DNA of 64,000 bases from the IMG/VR virus record IMGVR_UViG_2884152688_000003, positions 42,301 through 106,300 of that record, one strand, 5' to 3'. Both the position numbers and the translations under genes were made by a program. The DNA comes from a virus. Lineage: Duplodnaviria > Caudoviricetes. Shown here piece after piece: positions 30,599 through 39,816 of the stretch (its first letter is position 1; every line of letters starts with the position of its first letter). The notes under the pieces were generated by a model, which was given only the letters and a program-made list of their open reading frames with translations, had not been told where the DNA came from and did not search any database.

Positions 30599-33280
30599 AT
30601 GACAGAAAGTATTAATAAAGACTACCCCCTAATAATTGACTTGCTTAAAAGTGATGATAGAGGATTAAACAAGGGGATTATGTTTAATGAATCTGATAAA
30701 AATACAGCTTTCGTAAATGCACAAATAGTTAGGGATGAAGTTCCTGTTAACTTGGTCGGTGCAATTATATACCTAAATGTAGACAAGCCAAATAGAACAA
30801 AATTACAGGTAGAAGTAGAGATAGAGAATCCAGAGGAGGGGAAGGTTAAACTTCCCTTTTCAGAAAATACTTTGAATTTTGCTGGACTTGCGTCATTTCA
30901 ACTTCAGATTGAAGTAGGAGATAAGACATCAATAACACCAAAATATTATTTCACAATAGAAACTGGGAATATAACTGATGAAGATATTATGGATAGTAAC
31001 GAATACCCTATACTTACGAAAGAAAGAGAACGAGTAGAGCAAGCTTTAAATAACTCAAAAATTGCTATGGAACGTGCTGACAACTTATTATTAACTCAAA
31101 TTGAAGCTAATAATAAAATGAATAACGCAGAATTAATTAGAAAAGAAAACGAGTTAAAAAGAAGGAATGCTGAAACTCAAAGAGGTGTTGAGTTTGAGGA
31201 TATGAAAATAACTATTTCTCAAGAATTGGCATCCATAGAGAAGATAGTCGAACAAGCTACTGAGTTAAAAAAAGTAGCACTAAGAAACGAATTAAATAAA
31301 GACTTTGAAGAAAAATTTAATGAAACACAGATTTTATTTGACGGAATAACTAATAAAAAGGTGCTTGAACTCAAAGAATATTCCGATTCTCAAATTGAAC
31401 CAGTTAAAAATGAAATTAGAGAAAAACTAAAGACAATACCACCAGTAGAAGAATTAAAAGGTAGAGATGGAACTTCTATAACATTAAAAGGAAAAGTAGA
31501 CAATATAGATGAACTTCCGACTTTAGAGAAATCTTCTTTGGGGGACATATATGTTGTTGGTGAAACCTTATATATGAACAATATAACCGAGTGGGTTGAT
31601 ATAGGAGGATTTAGAGCGGGGCCTCAAGGTCTAAGAGGTGAACCGGGCAAAGATGGTGTCAATGGTAAAGATGGGGTAGATGGCAAAGACGGAATTGATG
31701 GTAAAGATGGATATTCTATTTATGTAAAAGGAACTTTAACAAGTGAGGAAAATCTTCCTTCTATTGACGATAGTAGAAACGGTGATATGTATGTTATAAA
31801 TGGAGAATTATATTTATTTACCGGTGAAAATAGTTGGTCTAATTTAGGTAAATTTGTTGGGCCTCAAGGTCTAAGAGGTGAACCGGGCAAAGATGGTGTC
31901 AATGGTAAAGATGGGGTAGATGGCAAAGACGGATTGACTCAAGATTTAACCCCAATTACAACAAGAATGGACGAAATAGAACAAAAGGTAGAAGAAAATA
32001 AAATAGAAATAGAAATCGTAGACAACTTAACTACTGGGGGTTCTAATAAAGTTCTTTCAGCAGAACAAGGTAAAGTTTTGTTCGCGCAAGTCTCCGATAT
32101 AGAAGAAAGGACAGGGGTTGTAAATAACTTAGAAGATGGTGGAATAGACAAACCACTATCCGCTGAAATGGGTAAACAACTTTTTCAATCTGTCAGTGAT
32201 GGTAAGACAAAGATAGCTAGTGCAATCACTGACAAAGGGATAAGCACTAGCCCTACAGATACTTTTGATGTAATGAGTGGAAATATAAAAGATATAAAAA
32301 CTGGGTATGGCGTGGGGGATGTATTAGAGTTGGATTCTGTAGATTTTGAATATAAATTGGACTATTCACCAGAATTTTTACATAAAATACAATTCAGTGG
32401 GAATAGTGTTTCAAGTCTATCACTTGATGTAAAGGATAGCGTGTTATACCTTTATTCAAACCCTCACATTACATATTATAATTTGACTGAAAATGGATTG
32501 ATTCAAAAGTCTGCTGATGTAACAAAAAATGAACATACCCGTATTATTCCATGTCCATCTAATAAAACCATTTATGCTACAACAATAGGGGGAAAACCTT
32601 TGGTTACTTCATATGACTATTCTTTTAATAAAAAATATACTTATGAAGGCGAACTTCTATATAACTCTTGGATTAGAGGTATGGCTATTTCTGATGAAGA
32701 TAAAATTGATATATATGTAACAAACTATACTCCTGATTCTGGCAAACTTATTTCCTTGTCAGAATATTTAATTAAAAATTGGGAATTAGATTTAAATGGA
32801 GCAAGAGACGTAACAGTTCTCAATAAAGACACTATAATATTTTCAAATTCATCTGTGATAAAGTCTGTAAATAGTAAAGGTGTATTGAAAAAGAGTCTGG
32901 AGACTTTAGGTGCTATTCAATTATTTTCTGATAAAGATAATGGTTATATAAATGGATATAATGACAAAAAGATATTTCAGTTAAACACCAACTTAGAAAT
33001 TATTTGGGAAAAAACATTAGAAAATGAAATCCTTAGTTCTTATTATAATTCTGAAGAAAAAGTATATATTATCTTATCTAAAGCAAAAGGGGGGTATTTA
33101 TCAGTAATAGATGGATTTAATGAATATGGTGAAAATGTTTTTAATGTAGAAAGTCAGGCATTTTATGATGAAAATCAAAAAATATTTTCTATAGAAAATA
33201 TCATTCTACATACAGGGTCAAACAAAGGTATAGTTTATACGATTAAGAACCCAAAAATTAATAGAATAAAAATAAAATAA
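30599..33280 (+). CDS. BppU-like baseplate / tail fibre protein with collagen repeats and C-terminal beta-propeller-like domain
   Basis: BppU-type N-domain, two GPQGLRGEPGKDG collagen blocks and DNL..GG..K.LSAE.GK.L fibre repeats. Confidence 0.75.
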   Translation: MTESINKDYPLIIDLLKSDDRGLNKGIMFNESDKNTAFVNAQIVRDEVPVNLVGAIIYLNVDKPNRTKLQVEVEIENPEEGKVKLPFSENTLNFAGLASFQLQIEVGDKTSITPKYYFTIETGNITDEDIMDSNEYPILTKERERVEQALNNSKIAMERADNLLLTQIEANNKMNNAELIRKENELKRRNAETQRGVEFEDMKITISQELASIEKIVEQATELKKVALRNELNKDFEEKFNETQILFDGITNKKVLELKEYSDSQIEPVKNEIREKLKTIPPVEELKGRDGTSITLKGKVDNIDELPTLEKSSLGDIYVVGETLYMNNITEWVDIGGFRAGPQGLRGEPGKDGVNGKDGVDGKDGIDGKDGYSIYVKGTLTSEENLPSIDDSRNGDMYVINGELYLFTGENSWSNLGKFVGPQGLRGEPGKDGVNGKDGVDGKDGLTQDLTPITTRMDEIEQKVEENKIEIEIVDNLTTGGSNKVLSAEQGKVLFAQVSDIEERTGVVNNLEDGGIDKPLSAEMGKQLFQSVSDGKTKIASAITDKGISTSPTDTFDVMSGNIKDIKTGYGVGDVLELDSVDFEYKLDYSPEFLHKIQFSGNSVSSLSLDVKDSVLYLYSNPHITYYNLTENGLIQKSADVTKNEHTRIIPCPSNKTIYATTIGGKPLVTSYDYSFNKKYTYEGELLYNSWIRGMAISDEDKIDIYVTNYTPDSGKLISLSEYLIKNWELDLNGARDVTVLNKDTIIFSNSSVIKSVNSKGVLKKSLETLGAIQLFSDKDNGYINGYNDKKIFQLNTNLEIIWEKTLENEILSSYYNSEEKVYIILSKAKGGYLSVIDGFNEYGENVFNVESQAFYDENQKIFSIENIILHTGSNKGIVYTIKNPKINRIKIK
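31619..31933 (+). repeat. 75-bp perfect direct repeat (31619-31693 and 31859-31933) encoding a collagen block
   Basis: Identical sequence at an offset of 240 nt. Confidence 0.9.
32173..32280 (+). repeat. 108-bp direct repeat, copy 1 (copy 2 at 35483-35590)
   Basis: TAAACAACTTTTTCAATC...GTAATGAGTGG is identical in two fibre genes. Confidence 0.9.
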
Positions 33281-33294
33281 AGGAGTGAAGTGCA

Positions 33295-33615
33295 TTGTAT
33301 TTAATATTTGACAAAAAAGAATTAGAAGAAAAGAAAATTTTAGAGGTGAGCCTGATATATTACATAGAACCACCAAAAGAATTTACTTACATTGAAATTA
33401 AAGAGGAAGATTTTCCAAAAGATAAAGATGGTTACAGCAAGAAGGTTTTTTATAATAAAGAAAACAATGAAGTTTATGCAGAGTATGAAGAAGTTATAAA
33501 TGAAGAAAATCCATTAAAAAAAGAAATAGAACAACTTAAAACAGCGAATGTCAACTTAGCTGAGTCAATAGCACAGATTTATGAGACAGTCTTAGACATT
33601 CCAAAAGAAATATAA
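33295..33615 (+). CDS. Tail-fibre-associated protein (XkdW-like)
   Basis: Follows the fibre gene; C-terminal coiled coil EIEQLK...AQIYE. Confidence 0.55.
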   Translation: MYLIFDKKELEEKKILEVSLIYYIEPPKEFTYIEIKEEDFPKDKDGYSKKVFYNKENNEVYAEYEEVINEENPLKKEIEQLKTANVNLAESIAQIYETVLDIPKEI

Positions 33616-33692
33616 TGATTAAGAACTTTTTTAATAAAATAAGGTTCTTTTTTTTATGCTTAAATTTAACTTTGAAAGGAGGTGAAGAAGAT

Positions 33693-33821
33693 ATGGTATA
33701 TGTATATGTAACATTAATCGTTGCTGGTAGACGTACATTTAAACAAGTTCCTACCACTGTAAAGGAAGAAGTTAAAAATGAACTAATAGCTATGGAACTT
33801 AGCAAGTTAGTAGAAGAGTAG
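33693..33821 (+). CDS. CD1375/XkdX-like small protein
   Basis: MVYVYVTLIVAGRRTFKQVP..VKEEVK pattern; SD AAGGAGGTG before ATG33693. Confidence 0.7.
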   Translation: MVYVYVTLIVAGRRTFKQVPTTVKEEVKNELIAMELSKLVEE

Positions 33822-33864
33822 GGTTTAATGCCAGCCTTTTGGCTGGCTAATACCTAATTTAATA

Positions 33865-34647
33865 GTGAAAGAAGTGAATAATATGATAGATTTTTTGCAT
33901 TTATTTAAATTTGATTTAAGAAAAGAAGCTGATGAATGTTTCACTATGATAGTGGATGGGGAGGTTGTCACAAATATTCCTACTTTACATGCTGGTGAAA
34001 CATCTAGAGGAATAAGAATATCCGTAGTAAACTTCAAATATGATGAAAAGATGTCTTGCTATGCTTATTTCAAGTCTAAACAAGATAATGAGTTAATAAG
34101 AGTTAAACCTTTTTCTAGGACAAAGAATTTATTTGATATATATTACCCAAGACTTCCAGTAGGGGAATATGAGTGTGAGATAATTCTTTGTTATGATGGA
34201 AAGACAATTTCATCTGGAATTTTTACTGGGGTATGTGAAGAAACTTTAGCTAATGAATTTGCAACAGATGTAGAGATATCTACTACAGTTCAAGACATAA
34301 TAAATACTTATGATACGTATTCTGAATTATATAAGAAAAGGCTTATAGAAGTTGGAACCCTTAGTGAAAAATCAACGAGTATCATTAATAACTTAAATGA
34401 TAAAGAAAAACAACTTGAAGAACTAATAGAAAATATCCCTAGCGTAGAAACAGACAAGGGTTTTATTTTTGTGCAAAAAAAAACGACACCTATTTGGGAA
34501 GTTACACATAATCTAGGGAAATATCCAAGTGTAGTAATAACAGATAATGGTGGAAACACAGTATATGGAGACATTTCATATATTAGTGAAAACAAATTAA
34601 TCATAAGTTTCTCTATTGGATTTAGTGGGAAAGCTTATTTGAATTAA
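33865..34647 (+). CDS. Baseplate / fibre-related protein
   Basis: C-terminal WEVTHNLGKYPSV...FSGKAYLN phage module. Confidence 0.55.
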   Translation: MKEVNNMIDFLHLFKFDLRKEADECFTMIVDGEVVTNIPTLHAGETSRGIRISVVNFKYDEKMSCYAYFKSKQDNELIRVKPFSRTKNLFDIYYPRLPVGEYECEIILCYDGKTISSGIFTGVCEETLANEFATDVEISTTVQDIINTYDTYSELYKKRLIEVGTLSEKSTSIINNLNDKEKQLEELIENIPSVETDKGFIFVQKKTTPIWEVTHNLGKYPSVVITDNGGNTVYGDISYISENKLIISFSIGFSGKAYLN

Positions 34648-34665
34648 ATAGGAGGTAATGAATAT

Positions 34666-35346
34666 ATGAAATTTCTTAATAATATAGATCTTGGGAAAAA
34701 TCAAATAGAAAATGTAGTTTTACATTCATTGATTAAAGAACCAGATTCCCCTGAAATAGGGCAATTGTATTTCAATATGAACGAAAAGCGAGCTTATATT
34801 TATATCGGGAATAGGTGGTTGGCTTTGGACGCCAAAGACGCAAGTCCAACAGCTGTTTCTATAGTGAATACTATCAATGAAGGGTCTGCATTGATTAATA
34901 TTGGAAAAGTAGAAGGGCTAGAGAGCAAATTAGCGCCACTAGAGACGAAAGAAGGTTCTCAAAATAAAGCAAATACAGCTCTAAATCAAGCAAAAGAATT
35001 TACGCGAACTGAAATTGCAAAAGTGATAGGTGGGGCAAGTGAGCAGTACGACACTTTGAAAGAAATAGAAGATTTGTTGAAAAATAACTCCGATATAACA
35101 GAAATAATCAATATATTGAATTCAAAGACAACTAAATATGTAGAAGTCATAGGGGATGGAATTGCGACAGAGTTTGATGTAAGACATATGTTGAATTCTC
35201 AAGATGTAATCGTTCAGTTAAGAGAAAACATATCACCTTTCGAGACTGTTTACACAGATATAGAAATTATAGATGAAAACTCAGTGAGAGTTAAGTTTGC
35301 GAAAGCACCTAATACCAATGAATACAAAGTGATTACTATAGGGTAG
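34666..35346 (+). CDS. Tail-fibre-related protein
   Basis: GQLYFN...W module, IGGASEQYDTLKEI motif, H.LNSQDVIVQL module. Confidence 0.55.
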   Translation: MKFLNNIDLGKNQIENVVLHSLIKEPDSPEIGQLYFNMNEKRAYIYIGNRWLALDAKDASPTAVSIVNTINEGSALINIGKVEGLESKLAPLETKEGSQNKANTALNQAKEFTRTEIAKVIGGASEQYDTLKEIEDLLKNNSDITEIINILNSKTTKYVEVIGDGIATEFDVRHMLNSQDVIVQLRENISPFETVYTDIEIIDENSVRVKFAKAPNTNEYKVITIG

Positions 35347-35354
35347 GTGATGAA

Positions 35355-36551
35355 ATGAAAATTTTATCTGAAATAAAAAATGAAGATTTAGATAAAAAAA
35401 TTAATGGTAAAATCGATAAAAAAGATGTTATACAAGATATTTCAATCGGTGGAATAGATAAAGTTATATCCGCTGAAGCTGCTAAACAACTTTTTCAATC
35501 TGTCAGTGATGGTAAGACAAAGATAGCTAGTGCAATCACTGACAAAGGGATAAGCACTAGCCCTACAGATACTTTTGATGTAATGAGTGGGAATATAAAG
35601 GATATAAAAACTGGCTATGGTGTTGGGGATATTGTTTTACCAAAAAATATAAAAGAAATACAAGAATATACACCAAATAATACTATATGGAAAACAGGTC
35701 GAATTGATTGGGGTTTGAGCATAGTCGTTGATAAAGAAACGGATGTTTACCTTGGCGGGACACAAGGTATAATTTACAAACTTGACAAATATGGGAAAAA
35801 AATGTGGGAATATAAAGGACACACCGATTGGATATATTCATTGGTTATAGACAACCAAGCTAATATCTACAGTGGATCTAAAGATACAACAGTTCACAAA
35901 GTAGACAAAAATGGAAATTGTATATGGAAATATATAGAGGGAATATCATATATCGAAGATTTAACTGTAGATGGAGATAATAATATTTATATCGCTGACC
36001 ATGGTAGGGTGTTACATAAAATCAATAAGGATGGAAAAAAGATATGGCAATATAAAGGCTATAATATAAGATTGTCTGCTGTAACGGTAGACTTAGAATT
36101 TAATGTATATTGCGGAGGAGCCTCTTATGGAGTTCACAAACTTGATAAAAATGGAAACAAGATATGGGCATATGTTCCTGATTCAACAAATGTTGTAACA
36201 CTGATTGTTGACGAAGAATCCAATATATATATTGGATATGAAAGTGGGAATGTTCATAAAATAGATAAAGAAGGGAACAAAATATGGGAATATGCCGAAC
36301 ATCGTAAAAAAATATCCTCATTAGCTATAGATAGTCGATCTAATATCTATAGTGGATCTGAAGACACAACGGTTCATAAAATAGATAAGAGTGGGAAAAA
36401 AATTTGGAGATACACTGATTATAACAGTAAAGTACTTAGCATTTGTGTGGATTCAAATAATGAAATTTACTGTTGTGGAAATGGTTATACCGTTCATAAG
36501 TTTTCTAATGGGGAAAGTTATGAAACTACAGGGTATAAAATTCTAAATTAA
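35355..36551 (+). CDS. Second fibre / receptor-binding protein with PQQ/WD40-like beta-propeller
   Basis: About 40-aa repeats (VHKIDK.G.KIW.Y...I.SL.ID...NIYSG); shares its adaptor segment with the 30599 gene. Confidence 0.7.
   Translation: MKILSEIKNEDLDKKINGKIDKKDVIQDISIGGIDKVISAEAAKQLFQSVSDGKTKIASAITDKGISTSPTDTFDVMSGNIKDIKTGYGVGDIVLPKNIKEIQEYTPNNTIWKTGRIDWGLSIVVDKETDVYLGGTQGIIYKLDKYGKKMWEYKGHTDWIYSLVIDNQANIYSGSKDTTVHKVDKNGNCIWKYIEGISYIEDLTVDGDNNIYIADHGRVLHKINKDGKKIWQYKGYNIRLSAVTVDLEFNVYCGGASYGVHKLDKNGNKIWAYVPDSTNVVTLIVDEESNIYIGYESGNVHKIDKEGNKIWEYAEHRKKISSLAIDSRSNIYSGSEDTTVHKIDKSGKKIWRYTDYNSKVLSICVDSNNEIYCCGNGYTVHKFSNGESYETTGYKILN
35483..35590 (+). repeat. 108-bp direct repeat, copy 2
   Basis: Identical to 32173-32280. 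Confidence 0.9.
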
Positions 36552-36570
36552 CATAAAAGAAGGTGATTAT

Positions 36571-36867
36571 TTGAGTGAACAAGAGGTTTACTTCATAATA
36601 TTAAAGATAGTTACAGTAGCAATTCCAATAATAATAGGAATCGTAACAATAACAGAAAAACTCACAAAACCAATAAATCAATTAGATAAAACTATTTCTA
36701 ATCTTAATGCAACGATATCAAGCCTTCAAGAGAGTAATAAGGTTCAAGATAAAAGGTTGGATAGACATGGGCGTGAAATAGACGAAACAAAACATAAGAT
36801 TATAGAACATAATACTAGAATTGGGAATGTAGAGAAAGATATAGAAGAATTGAAAGGTGGTAGATAA
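36571..36867 (+). CDS. Holin-like / lysis accessory membrane protein
   Basis: One N-terminal TM helix plus coiled coil, upstream of the endolysin. Confidence 0.6.
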   Translation: MSEQEVYFIILKIVTVAIPIIIGIVTITEKLTKPINQLDKTISNLNATISSLQESNKVQDKRLDRHGREIDETKHKIIEHNTRIGNVEKDIEELKGGR

Positions 36868-37153
36868 TATGATAAATTTTACTGATTATATAAATGTAAC
36901 AACATTGGTGTTTTGTTTAGCATTGGGATATGCTTTAAAAAATTGGGTGACTAAATATAACAACAACTTTGTACCTATTGGATTAGCTCTAATAGGTGCT
37001 GTAGCATGCTGTTTTACAGTAGGTGAAATCAATATTGAGGTAATTACAGCTGGAATGATAAGTGGTTTAATAAGTACAGGGCTACATCAAACTTTTACAA
37101 GATTCATTGAAGGGATATCAGAAGTTGCGGAAAACAAAAGAGGTGATATTTAA
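36857..37153 (+). CDS. Holin
   Basis: Two to three TM helices, NNFVPIGL and G.ISGLISTGLHQ motifs; directly before the endolysin. Confidence 0.8.
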   Translation: MVDNMINFTDYINVTTLVFCLALGYALKNWVTKYNNNFVPIGLALIGAVACCFTVGEINIEVITAGMISGLISTGLHQTFTRFIEGISEVAENKRGDI

Positions 37154-38175
37154 TGAAGATAGCCTTAACAGTAGGACATAGTATACTTAAAGGTGGACAA
37201 AGAACTTCAGCTAGTGGATATATAAATGAATATAGATACAACAAAGCTTTAGCCCCTTATGTAAAAGAAGAGCTTGAACTCTTAGGTCATAAATGCGATT
37301 TATTCATATGTCCTGAGTATACTTTTACAAATGCATCTCAAGAAAGAACCTATAAGCTGCCTAAAATTAATAATGGTGGATATGATAGATGTTGTGAACT
37401 TCACCTTAATGCTTTTAATGGTACGGCTAAAGGTGAAGAAGTCTATTACTACAGTGGTGATAGCACTGGTGGATCAATTGCAACAATAATGTCAAAGAAT
37501 ATAGCAAGCCTTGGTTTCGATAACAGGGGTGCTAAGGGAACAAGAAACTTATATATGATAACTCAGACAAAGCCTACAGCTATTTTAGTTGAGGCTTTTT
37601 TTTGTGACAACAAAAAGGACAGTGATCTAGCTAACAGTGTTGGTTATAGAAAAATGGCGAAAGCAATAGCATATGGATTAGTCCAAAAAACTTATGATGG
37701 AAAGAGTGGGGGGGGTGGGGTAGTCAATCCTGAACCACCAAAAGAAAACAATACTTCACCTCAAACATCTAATGCAGGATATTATGTAAAAACATCTACA
37801 AAAGGTGATGTTTTAAATGTAAGAGATTCAGTAGGTAATAATGGTAAAATAATGTCCACTCTACAAGATGGTTCTATTATATATGTGGAATCTATACATA
37901 AAAATACAAGTGGAACTTGGTATAAAATAAGAAATAGAGGATATGTTCATAGTAATTATTGTGTAGGCATATCTAAACCAATGATTGTATTATACCAATC
38001 TGGGGCAAATGATTACAATAAAAAGATTGCTGATATTATAGGTGAAAGACATAATAAACCTGTATATGTAGAAGATAAAACCAAAACTAGTAAGGATTAT
38101 GAAATCATGTATGTAGGTGGTGGAAAAGACAGATACCATACAGCCGCAATTGCAGCCGACAAGTATCTTAATTAA
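37153..38175 (+). CDS. Endolysin: amidase_3 + SH3b + C-terminal cell-wall-binding domain
   Basis: VGH, NE, ELHLNA and ILVEAFFCDN motifs; LNVRD...WYKI...GYVHS SH3b. Confidence 0.9.
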   Translation: MKIALTVGHSILKGGQRTSASGYINEYRYNKALAPYVKEELELLGHKCDLFICPEYTFTNASQERTYKLPKINNGGYDRCCELHLNAFNGTAKGEEVYYYSGDSTGGSIATIMSKNIASLGFDNRGAKGTRNLYMITQTKPTAILVEAFFCDNKKDSDLANSVGYRKMAKAIAYGLVQKTYDGKSGGGGVVNPEPPKENNTSPQTSNAGYYVKTSTKGDVLNVRDSVGNNGKIMSTLQDGSIIYVESIHKNTSGTWYKIRNRGYVHSNYCVGISKPMIVLYQSGANDYNKKIADIIGERHNKPVYVEDKTKTSKDYEIMYVGGGKDRYHTAAIAADKYLN

Positions 38176-38182
38176 TAAGTAT

Positions 38183-38202
38183 AGGGTGGGTTATCCCACC
38201 CT
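38183..38202 (+). terminator. Hairpin after the endolysin (weak U-tract)
   Basis: AGGGTGGG-TTAT-CCCACCCT. Confidence 0.5.
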
Positions 38203-38225
38203 TATTAAGTAAAGGAGTAATAAAA

Positions 38226-39134
38226 GTGAAGAATGATATACTCTTTAAAAAAGGATTTAATAAGCAAGATTATTTATTCCCAACAAGTGGAAGAATAAAA
38301 AGTTCAAAGAATAGAATAAATATTTATTTCATACAAGATGGTAATGTTAGAGGGAGATATAAGGAGTGTTTGAATAATAATAGGTTAGTAGCACATTATG
38401 TGGTAGACGATACTTATTGCTTAAGATTGCTGATGGAAGATTGTTCTACTTATCATAGTTGGGCTAAGACAAATGATGTCACTATAGAGGTTTTAAACTC
38501 TAAATATGGTGATAAGACTCAAATAGAAAGAAATTTAGGTTCACTATTAAGAACCCTGTATGATAAATTCGGATTCCATCAAGGTAAGGTAACATATCAT
38601 GGTAGATTGGGAAATGTTAATTTCAACAATGTAAAAATAATAGCAAATGCAAAACCATATGATATAACTACAAATTTAATAACACATAGCAACAACTTAA
38701 AACCATTAGCAGAAATATTGAAAATATGTAAGTTTAAAAAAGTAAAACATATTGAAAGAGATGGTGAAAAGTTAAATCATGACCAGGTTACAGATATGTG
38801 TTTCTATTGGGATGCATATTATGTCAATCATATAGGATCTAATGACAAACAGTCAACTTTAGGATACATTAGACGTTTCATAAATAGTAAGGCGTATTCA
38901 TTAAGCAGATTAAATAAAGTTAAGTATGTTTGTTATTTCAATGATGCGGATGAACCAATAGCTAGATTATTAGCCTTTTTAGCTGGTGCAAGTTGTTTTA
39001 AGGACAATGGAAGTACTATGGAAGGGTCAAAGATAAGACAATTAAAAGCTAAAGGGTGGTTAATCTACATAAGTGGCATTGGTTCCAATCAGGAAGACAC
39101 TGCAAGGCAATATATTCAGAAATATTTGGTGTAA
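38226..39134 (+). CDS. Degenerate amidase_2-like protein with endolysin-type C-terminal domain
   Basis: AHYVVDD, YHSW and TIEV remnants; C-terminal YVCY...D..IA...G...DTA..YL resembles the adjacent endolysin tail. Confidence 0.5.
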   Translation: MKNDILFKKGFNKQDYLFPTSGRIKSSKNRINIYFIQDGNVRGRYKECLNNNRLVAHYVVDDTYCLRLLMEDCSTYHSWAKTNDVTIEVLNSKYGDKTQIERNLGSLLRTLYDKFGFHQGKVTYHGRLGNVNFNNVKIIANAKPYDITTNLITHSNNLKPLAEILKICKFKKVKHIERDGEKLNHDQVTDMCFYWDAYYVNHIGSNDKQSTLGYIRRFINSKAYSLSRLNKVKYVCYFNDADEPIARLLAFLAGASCFKDNGSTMEGSKIRQLKAKGWLIYISGIGSNQEDTARQYIQKYLV

Positions 39135-39143
39135 AATAATAGT

Positions 39144-39165
39144 CAATAAAAGGCTGATTTTAATA
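39144..39165. promoter_or_regulatory. Putative phage operator AATAAAA-N6-TTTTA, copy 1
   Basis: Similar intergenic copies at 45373-45394 and 50068-50089. Confidence 0.45.
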
Positions 39166-39205
39166 CGATTTTAGGGTATAAAACAGCTAAAATTTGCGTA
39201 TAATG

Positions 39206-39235
39206 TTGCATTTCAGAAACAAATAGTGTTATAAT
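39206..39235 (+). promoter_or_regulatory. Promoter of antitoxin RNA 1
   Basis: TTGCAT-18nt-TATAAT with TG extension. Confidence 0.7.
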
Positions 39236-39241
39236 AAGTAT

Positions 39242-39316
39242 AAATAATTGTTAATGCTATATAAATCCAAAATGTTTATGGATACAAAAAAGGAGAGCTG
39301 GCGGGCTCTCCTTTTT
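39242..39316 (+). ncRNA. Type I antitoxin RNA 1 (par RNAII-like)
   Basis: Direct repeats of the toxin 5' region (39243-39261 ~ 39389-39407; 39262-39276 = 39413-39427); bidirectional terminator at 39287-39316. Confidence 0.75.
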
Positions 39317-39319
39317 GCA

Positions 39320-39421
39320 TTATCTGTCCTTTTTTTCAATATATCTCTTAAAAAGAAATACTAAAATCTCTTTTATCGTGGGACATATAATAATTGTTAT
39401 TGCTATAATCACTAAATCCAA
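39320..39421 (-). CDS. Fst-like type I toxin 1, MDLVIIAITIIICPTIKEILVFLFKRYIEKKDR (33 aa)
   Basis: SD AAGGAGGTG inside a CTCC-GAAA-GGAG hairpin; TTG start; hydrophobic helix with Pro and a charged tail; converges on an sRNA. Confidence 0.75.
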   Translation of the reverse strand: MDLVIIAITIIICPTIKEILVFLFKRYIEKKDR

Positions 39422-39457
39422 AATGTTCACCTCCTTTCGGAGTGGACTAGTTATATT

Positions 39458-39553
39458 ATACTACATATAGTTATATATTTTTATATTTATTACAAATAAT
39501 TTCACAATACAATATGTAGTTGTTTAATAATGCAAAAACACTATATATAGAAA
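39458..39553. promoter_or_regulatory. Three NrdR-box-like palindromes upstream of toxin 1
   Basis: Cores CTACATATAG 39461, CAATATGTAG 39510 and CTATATATAG 39541; the last two are 31 bp apart. Confidence 0.4.
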
Positions 39554-39690
39554 CATCATAGTTATATTATAATTTAGATTCAAAAATAAAACAAGTTCTA
39601 TTTTATAAATAAAATACTTGACTAGATTAATAGATTAAAAATATTAAAATCAAACTACAATAATCTATATATGTGTGCTATAATTATGTT

Positions 39691-39760
39691 AATTAGCATA
39701 CGAAATCCTTATTTTTTTTAGGGATCAATGGGAGGAGATTGGTACCTCCTTCTTTTTTTT
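39691..39760 (+). ncRNA. Orphan small RNA
   Basis: TGcTATAAT at 39676-39684, hairpin 39705-39725, terminator GGGAGG/CCTCCT followed by a T-run. Confidence 0.5.
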
Positions 39761-39780
39761 GCAAAATAAATTTTAAAAAT

Positions 39781-39810
39781 TTGCATAATTAGAGTAAATA
39801 GTGGTATAAT
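39781..39810 (+). promoter_or_regulatory. Promoter of antitoxin RNA 2
   Basis: TTGCAT-18nt-TATAAT with TG extension; same layout as promoter 1. Confidence 0.7.
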
Positions 39811-39816
39811 TAGATT

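Noticed and set aside
32173-35630. Diversity-generating retroelement TR/VR pair
   Set aside because: Mismatches are not adenine-specific, the repeat is not at the 3' end of the target gene, and no reverse transcriptase is present in the window.
3347-36321. Numerous short antisense ORFs in the track (e.g. 6370-6705, 21145-21690, 24166-24591)
   Set aside because: They are shadows of long genes on the opposite strand, with biased composition and no evident SD. The same applies to + strand ORFs inside the 42134-64000 genes.
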